Below, piece by piece: positions 26,961-32,000 of a DNA stretch of 32,000 nucleotides. The notes under the pieces were generated by a model. That model did no database searches and had not been told where the DNA came from. It saw nothing but the letters and a program-made list of their open reading frames with translations. Numbering within the stretch: the first letter of the stretch is position 1; each line of letters starts with the position of its first letter. The translations under genes and the position numbers were made by a program. The stretch is from Candidatus Heimdallarchaeota archaeon B3_Heim (GTDB lineage Archaea; Asgardarchaeota; Heimdallarchaeia; Hodarchaeales; Hodarchaeaceae): positions 150,001 to 182,000 of the forward strand of contig NJBF01000001.1 in assembly GCA_003144275.1 (NCBI GenBank). The letters run 5' to 3'.

Positions 26961-28220
26961 GCATTGTAATCTGCATTCAGGAAAAACCCACACGCTCGAC
27001 ATACGAAGCACCCGCGAGATTTACGATTGCGTTTATCTACACACCCACATTGACTACATTGTTGGGAGGTATAAGCTTCGTCCACACGGACTACAGTCAT
27101 CCCAACAAGTTTAGCTTTATATTCGAGCATTTTAACGAATTGAAGAAACGGAAGGTGAACAAAAGACTGGTTAGTTCGCTTTCCTAAGTTACAGTGTTGT
27201 TTCCACAGAGGATTATAGCCAATGATTAGTGTATCAATATTTTGCTGCACACAGTAGGAGATAATCTGCCGAGAGGTTTGATGAAAGACATCACGGAGCC
27301 TATTCGTCCGAACACGCGAGAGGCGTTGAATCCGACGGGTAGTAACCTGTTGCTTGTGAATGGTAGCTAACGACCGATAATGGGCAAGTTGTTTATTATA
27401 CCACTGATTAATTGCCTTAACTACCCCGCCTTTGACGAGTAACCCGTCTGACGAAGTTACGAGGTTGTTAAGGCTGAGATCTAGCCCCATCGCACGAGGA
27501 GGGGAATCAGAGGTGGGAAAGTGTTGTACTTGCACTTCATACAGAATTTCTACCACAAATCGATCATAAAACGGAACTAAACGGGCACCGACACAGGTCT
27601 CGGCAGTAAGAGGCAGTGTTCCCAGCAGGAAGGTGGGAAACCCGCGAAGCATGAGATTTCGAGCAAACAGAATCTGGTTCTCACGGATTCGGACCCGAGG
27701 GCGGGGAAAGTTCAACATATGGAGCCCATTTTTGGGTTTATACCCTGGGATTCGGGGGCGACTCTGAAACTTGGTTGGATCTTTCTTCCACGCTTTTAAC
27801 CCATTAAAAAAGCTCCGCCAGGTTTGTTCTACCTGCCGTAGAACTTGTTGGGGAAGGTAACTATCGGAGAGGGTTTTTAAGGCTAAATACACGGGTTCGG
27901 CCTTAAGCTGATGATACAGGGTGGTATATTGCACCCATTTACCTGTCTGAAAGAATGTTTGTCGGACCACATATGTTGCCCGATTGTACAGATTCTTTGC
28001 ACACGCACACAAATCGGTGAAAATTGGCCGTGGTTTCATTTGAATTCGGATGGCCAACTGTGGATGAGGGTGTTTTTTGGTACGCATTCCCACCTCATTG
28101 TGAGTCCTCGTGTTTATAACTTTACAAGAGAGAGAGAGAGATTCATGAAAGTGGCGAATGTAGTGAAAATGAGGCTGATTTTGGTCTGAAGAGAACTTTT
28201 ATATTTCGTTGTCAGACAAA
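26812..28220 (-). mobile_element. Non-autonomous TnpB-only insertion element (~1.41 kb)
   Basis: Visibly higher GC than the flanks. TTGTCAGACAA at both ends (26819-29, 28209-19). TTCAACATG duplicated immediately outside (26803-11, 28221-29). No tnpA. Confidence 0.78.
26822..28087 (-). CDS. tnpB: TnpB RNA-guided nuclease (IS200/IS605/IS607 type), rearranged RuvC-II
   Basis: AKNLYNRA N-terminus, RuvC-I MGLDL, LIIGYNPLWKQ (E replaced by G), VDEAYTS, zinc finger CSQC...CRAC, RuvC-III NADYNAARNI. ATG at 28087 follows GAGGTG. Confidence 0.92.
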   Translation of the reverse strand: MRTKKHPHPQLAIRIQMKPRPIFTDLCACAKNLYNRATYVVRQTFFQTGKWVQYTTLYHQLKAEPVYLALKTLSDSYLPQQVLRQVEQTWRSFFNGLKAWKKDPTKFQSRPRIPGYKPKNGLHMLNFPRPRVRIRENQILFARNLMLRGFPTFLLGTLPLTAETCVGARLVPFYDRFVVEILYEVQVQHFPTSDSPPRAMGLDLSLNNLVTSSDGLLVKGGVVKAINQWYNKQLAHYRSLATIHKQQVTTRRIQRLSRVRTNRLRDVFHQTSRQIISYCVQQNIDTLIIGYNPLWKQHCNLGKRTNQSFVHLPFLQFVKMLEYKAKLVGMTVVRVDEAYTSQQCSQCGCVDKRNRKSRGCFVCRACGFFLNADYNAARNILQRYICKFKVVPMVPTPFMVSGLPDSGYVTHPVQNFISKVV

Positions 28221-28508
28221 TTCAACATGTAATCCCGAGGAAAAGTATCTCTGAAAGGAAAAAATACATACATTTTCACCTTTAAGCGATTTAAAGGCAA
28301 GAATAGATGTATAAAGCTGGTAACCTACATTCTATTATTAATAAATTGATATAAAAACTCCTTAATAGAATAAGGCAACATTAATTAATACAGGATTATA
28401 TAAAACGACTATAAGGAGTGTATCTTCACTAATGACTCAAATCTTAGGATAGCAGGCACTCCGACTTTTATCTGGGTTTTAATCAACACTCTGGTTGGTG
28501 AATTGAAA

Positions 28509-31500
28509 TTGTCAATACAAAATAAACGCTTATCACCGTTTTATTCAGTTTTACTTATAGTTCCTCTCTTAATCATGTCCTCCCTTTTATTACCCTTCGT
28601 TGGTATTATTCTTCCTCAGGAGAAGCAATCAGCAGGACATTACATTACTTCTTTACGTGATCCCGACCTTGACACAAATCCACTTCCCCAATCAGGAATT
28701 TATCGTAATAAAGATTCACAAAACTCTCCTTATTACTCAATTGCTGAAATTGAACCAAATAAAGCAATTTATTTCCCTGAAGAAACAATAAGTGTTGCTA
28801 ATCGCTTCAATAGCGCTCAAACTGGGAGTTATGCGATTGTTTCTCAAGTTATCTATCTATATCTAAATAGTAGTACAATTACAAACCTTTCCGACACCAC
28901 ACATCTTATTGCAACAACGGTGACTAACGGCACACATGCAAAGGATTATCCGGCCATCTCAGACGATCAAACTTATGGAATGATAGATGTAACATTTACA
29001 ATCCCAGAAATGACAAATTTAACCAACAGATATGGTATTTCACCCGGAGATAATGTATCAATTTTTCAATACTATCCTGGAGGTAGTACAAATACAACAG
29101 CGAAAATAGAAAATGTTGTAGCTTTCGCGAAAATTGATTATTTTACTGTTAGTGGATTTTCAACACTAACCGAAGTAAATCCAGGATTCATAAATACTGC
29201 CAGTGGTGATGAGACTTTTCGTCAGGGAGAGGAGGCAAGTGTTGTTCTTAAGGCTCAATCGGGTACCACACCATTATCAGGACTTATTGTAGATGTTAAA
29301 CTCCATGATGGGACCACACATACCCTAATATCAAACGGGGGCCCTCAGGGAATTAGCTATAATCTTCTCGATATGACCACAGGATTACCCAGTACGACAA
29401 CAAATGGAAATGGTGAGCTACGTCTGAATGTTACAACTACTTATCCAACAACTCCTGAAAACAACTATTATTTTGTTCTTAACACAACAATTGATCCGCT
29501 CTCTGGATACTTCACAGAGAATTATGACGGAAGTAATGCTGTAACAAATTATGCAGACAGTCATGCTAATTTCACTATTGAGAATGAAATGGATATTGCA
29601 GTTGTTGAGCTTGTTTCTGTGAATCCTTCATCTCCGATAGCTCCGCCTAATGAAAACTATACTCTTGTTACATTTAGAGTAGATTTATTTTATGCATATT
29701 CTAGTGATATTTACCAAGTTGCAGGGATCTTTGTTAATGCAACTTTGGATTCATACCCAACAGGCGTAAATCTAAAATTTGCAGATGATTTCAATGACAA
29801 TAGCTCTGGGTGGGCGGCGACGAATGCAAGTGGAATGATTCAATTCAATATTACGGCAGGGTTTCCTATTCCCTATCAATTAAAAACTCCTACAATCACT
29901 GTAGTTGCTGATTTACAACATAATAATGCGCCAGCAGGTTCTTACCCGAGTAGTTATCCAAATAATCCCCACCGATTTATCAGAAGCACAGGAGGCATGT
30001 TAACAGTTTCTTCAGCGGGTGATACAATTAGTATCGATCCCGATTTTTGGGTTGGTTTAATCAGCTTAAATTCAATTACTTCAACAAACATTCGGCCAGG
30101 AGAGTCCACAACTCTTGTATTTGAAGTAAATACAACCTCTGCACCACTAGTTGATTTTTCAGGTGTGCCAGTAAAGATTGAATTAAACCCATCAATAGCG
30201 GGAGTGTCGTTAACATTTACTAATCCTCAAAATACTCCATACAGTATTTATGGGTATCGGTATACCAATTCAAGTGGAATGATTGAAGTAACAGTCGATA
30301 CTACCTATTTAACTACGCCAGAATTTATTCCCCCTCAATCCGTAAATCTTGACTTAACGGTCGATTTTGAGAATGATTCACAGGCTCGATGGATTGGTAC
30401 ACAACATTTGGGTACAACCACTTTAGCAGAATTCAATACCACCTGGTTAACTTCACAGGATGCTAGTTTATCTATTGATCCGAACTTTACATTCTATGAA
30501 ATTATACTCGCCTCGACCAATGAATCTGGAGATACTGTGATACGTTCTGGAGATATTCTGGAAATTAATTTCCGAGTTCAATCAAAAGTAGGAGGAATTG
30601 GTCTAGCAGGAGTTGATGTGAATGTTCTTCTAGGAGGAGCATACGCAGGTGTGACTTTGCTAGGAGGATTATCTACTACCAATGGATCTGGATATGTTAC
30701 TGTTAATTTATCTACAACTTATCTGATAACCCCAAAAGATCTTGACATTGTACTCAATGCCACAGCTGACTTAACTTCTGATCCTGGAGTCTGGTTAGTA
30801 GGCCAAAAGTCAACCAATCCAAGTTTTTATTCAAATAGCTCGTATTCAGACGTTGAGGAAATAATTCAAGTTGATCCACAGTACTTCTTTGGAGAAATTA
30901 CTGCTCCTCCCGCAAACAACCCCATCTCAAGGATTGGCCAAACTGATGAAATTAATATCACCTTTAGACTACATTTAAGCGGAGAAGGAACTGTATTTCC
31001 AGATATTAACGATGTAAATATCTCCATTACTGTAGATGGCAATCTCCCTGGAGATTCCAACATGACTGTTCTTCCAGGAGCAAGTTTTCAAGATTCGGTT
31101 AGTAGTTGGGTCACATTTTCCCTTCGACCAACAGAAAACACTACTGAAAAATGGTATACTGTCAACGCTACAGCGCACTTCGGAGATGCTCAGGGATTAG
31201 TGTATAATATCACCACCCATTCCTCTGTGCCATCAAGACAGTTATCAGGTGTGTGGGTTAATGGTTCTCATACAAATGATATTTCCTTCACCACATTCGC
31301 TTTTGAAGTTAAAAATGTAGATCGAATCCAAATTTCAAGTCAAGATATCTCAGACGTAACACATACAGGTGTAGATGCACCAGGTTTGAATGTCTCAACT
31401 GGATATTATGAAATATATAGAGGAACGACTTATATCAATATTTCTGGCAGTTATTACGATCCAGTTGCAACTTTAGGCCTTCCTTCTACCCCTGTAAGAA

Positions 31501-32000
31501 TTTCCTTCAATTGGACCAATCTTGCTATGCAACCACAAACTTCTACTTTAGCAAATGTCACTACAGATGGCAATGGTGAATTTTGGGCTAATATTAGTAT
31601 ACCTACATCTATTCCTTTGCAAGATATTCAAATTTACGGTTGGGATCCCGCCTTTCCTACCCCTCAAGAAAATCGCAATCCAATCACAAATATTCGACTG
31701 ATGTCTCGGGTCTTTATTCCTAATCATGCGCTCATTGGATACAATGGTAATGCAATTTTTGTTGGAGAAAACGTAACTTCAGCTGGAACTGTTCGAGACG
31801 ATCAAGGGGTAATTGTTAAATCTACTCAATTTATCGGTCTAATCGAGAATATTGGTTGGGATAGTACTCAAGAAGTAGGAACTGCTATTTCTGGAAGCCT
31901 ATCTTCGGGAAGTTTTTCATTAGATTATCAAATTCCGAATGATTACGCATTAGACGTAATTGCCATTAGAGCTAATGTTATTTGGGGAGCAGGACTAGTT
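28509..32000 (+). CDS. Large secreted/cell-surface glycoprotein with tandem beta-sandwich repeats, 3'-truncated (>=1164 codons); absent from the ORF track
   Basis: TTG at 28509 after GGTGA; N-terminal MSIQNKR plus a long hydrophobic segment. I found no stop in my translation to base 32000 (...IRANVIWGAGLV). Recurrent T(N/D)xxG motifs about every 140-150 aa; many N-x-S/T sequons. Confidence 0.85.
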   Translation, partial: MSIQNKRLSPFYSVLLIVPLLIMSSLLLPFVGIILPQEKQSAGHYITSLRDPDLDTNPLPQSGIYRNKDSQNSPYYSIAEIEPNKAIYFPEETISVANRFNSAQTGSYAIVSQVIYLYLNSSTITNLSDTTHLIATTVTNGTHAKDYPAISDDQTYGMIDVTFTIPEMTNLTNRYGISPGDNVSIFQYYPGGSTNTTAKIENVVAFAKIDYFTVSGFSTLTEVNPGFINTASGDETFRQGEEASVVLKAQSGTTPLSGLIVDVKLHDGTTHTLISNGGPQGISYNLLDMTTGLPSTTTNGNGELRLNVTTTYPTTPENNYYFVLNTTIDPLSGYFTENYDGSNAVTNYADSHANFTIENEMDIAVVELVSVNPSSPIAPPNENYTLVTFRVDLFYAYSSDIYQVAGIFVNATLDSYPTGVNLKFADDFNDNSSGWAATNASGMIQFNITAGFPIPYQLKTPTITVVADLQHNNAPAGSYPSSYPNNPHRFIRSTGGMLTVSSAGDTISIDPDFWVGLISLNSITSTNIRPGESTTLVFEVNTTSAPLVDFSGVPVKIELNPSIAGVSLTFTNPQNTPYSIYGYRYTNSSGMIEVTVDTTYLTTPEFIPPQSVNLDLTVDFENDSQARWIGTQHLGTTTLAEFNTTWLTSQDASLSIDPNFTFYEIILASTNESGDTVIRSGDILEINFRVQSKVGGIGLAGVDVNVLLGGAYAGVTLLGGLSTTNGSGYVTVNLSTTYLITPKDLDIVLNATADLTSDPGVWLVGQKSTNPSFYSNSSYSDVEEIIQVDPQYFFGEITAPPANNPISRIGQTDEINITFRLHLSGEGTVFPDINDVNISITVDGNLPGDSNMTVLPGASFQDSVSSWVTFSLRPTENTTEKWYTVNATAHFGDAQGLVYNITTHSSVPSRQLSGVWVNGSHTNDISFTTFAFEVKNVDRIQISSQDISDVTHTGVDAPGLNVSTGYYEIYRGTTYINISGSYYDPVATLGLPSTPVRISFNWTNLAMQPQTSTLANVTTDGNGEFWANISIPTSIPLQDIQIYGWDPAFPTPQENRNPITNIRLMSRVFIPNHALIGYNGNAIFVGENVTSAGTVRDDQGVIVKSTQFIGLIENIGWDSTQEVGTAISGSLSSGSFSLDYQIPNDYALDVIAIRANVIWGAGLV

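Larger units (their letters stand above)
26803..28229. repeat. 9-bp direct repeat TTCAACATG (26803-11, 28221-29) and quasi-palindromic end motif TTTGTCWGACAAC
   Basis: Read directly. The end motifs are identical 11-bp direct repeats and also match 12/13 as inverted repeats. Confidence 0.85.

Noticed and set aside
28127-28140. (AG)7 tract upstream of tnpB
   Set aside because: Too short to argue for phase variation without allele data.
26819-28189. Plus-strand ORFs 26819-27187 and 27911-28189 as a possible TnpA
   Set aside because: Antisense to tnpB, with no HUH/Y1 or serine-recombinase motif.
1620-31178. Remaining short tracked ORFs nested in or antisense to confident genes (e.g. 5717, 6720, 6905, 9932, 10639, 10897, 12498, 13314, 16177, 20899, 24051, 26263, 28600, 30866, 30975)
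   Set aside because: Shadow ORFs with no recognisable motifs.
1-32000. CRISPR array, rRNA genes, prophage or defence island
   Set aside because: No regularly spaced repeats, rRNA sequence, or viral/defence genes were seen.

Overview
Archaeal chromosomal window, AT-rich and mostly housekeeping. Archaeal markers include LonB, a histone, L10e, aPelota, Pth2, DnaG, archaeal FtsZ and BHB-type tRNA introns; an Asgard (Heimdallarchaeia-like) source is my inference and is untested. About 27 CDSs are supported: radical SAM enzymes, HPS plus a tandem-duplicated PHI, Trm11, an AAA ATPase, HypA/HypB, an HDAC-family deacetylase, PPAT, S2P protease, a NusA-like protein, ArgF, a MoaD/SAMP ubiquitin-like protein, CofE, a SNAP-like solenoid, and a >1160-aa surface glycoprotein that the ORF track missed because it runs off the window. 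The most interesting content is non-coding. (1) All five tRNA genes are interrupted: six 28-30 nt introns, five at non-canonical sites, including a tandem trio of tRNA-Arg isoacceptors. (2) There are two well-supported, eukaryote-sized box C/D guide RNAs and one weaker candidate. One is predicted to methylate both strands of SSU helix 34 at positions equivalent to yeast Gm1428 and Gm1271; the other fits tRNA-Leu(CAA) C34. (3) An unidentified ~250-290 nt GC-elevated structured RNA carries a canonical K-turn and a K-loop. (4) A solo TnpB with a rearranged RuvC site sits between palindromic end motifs and a 9-bp flanking duplication, which is atypical for IS200/IS605/IS607. rRNA target sequences and eukaryotic modification sites are recalled from memory and need verification; no searches were run.
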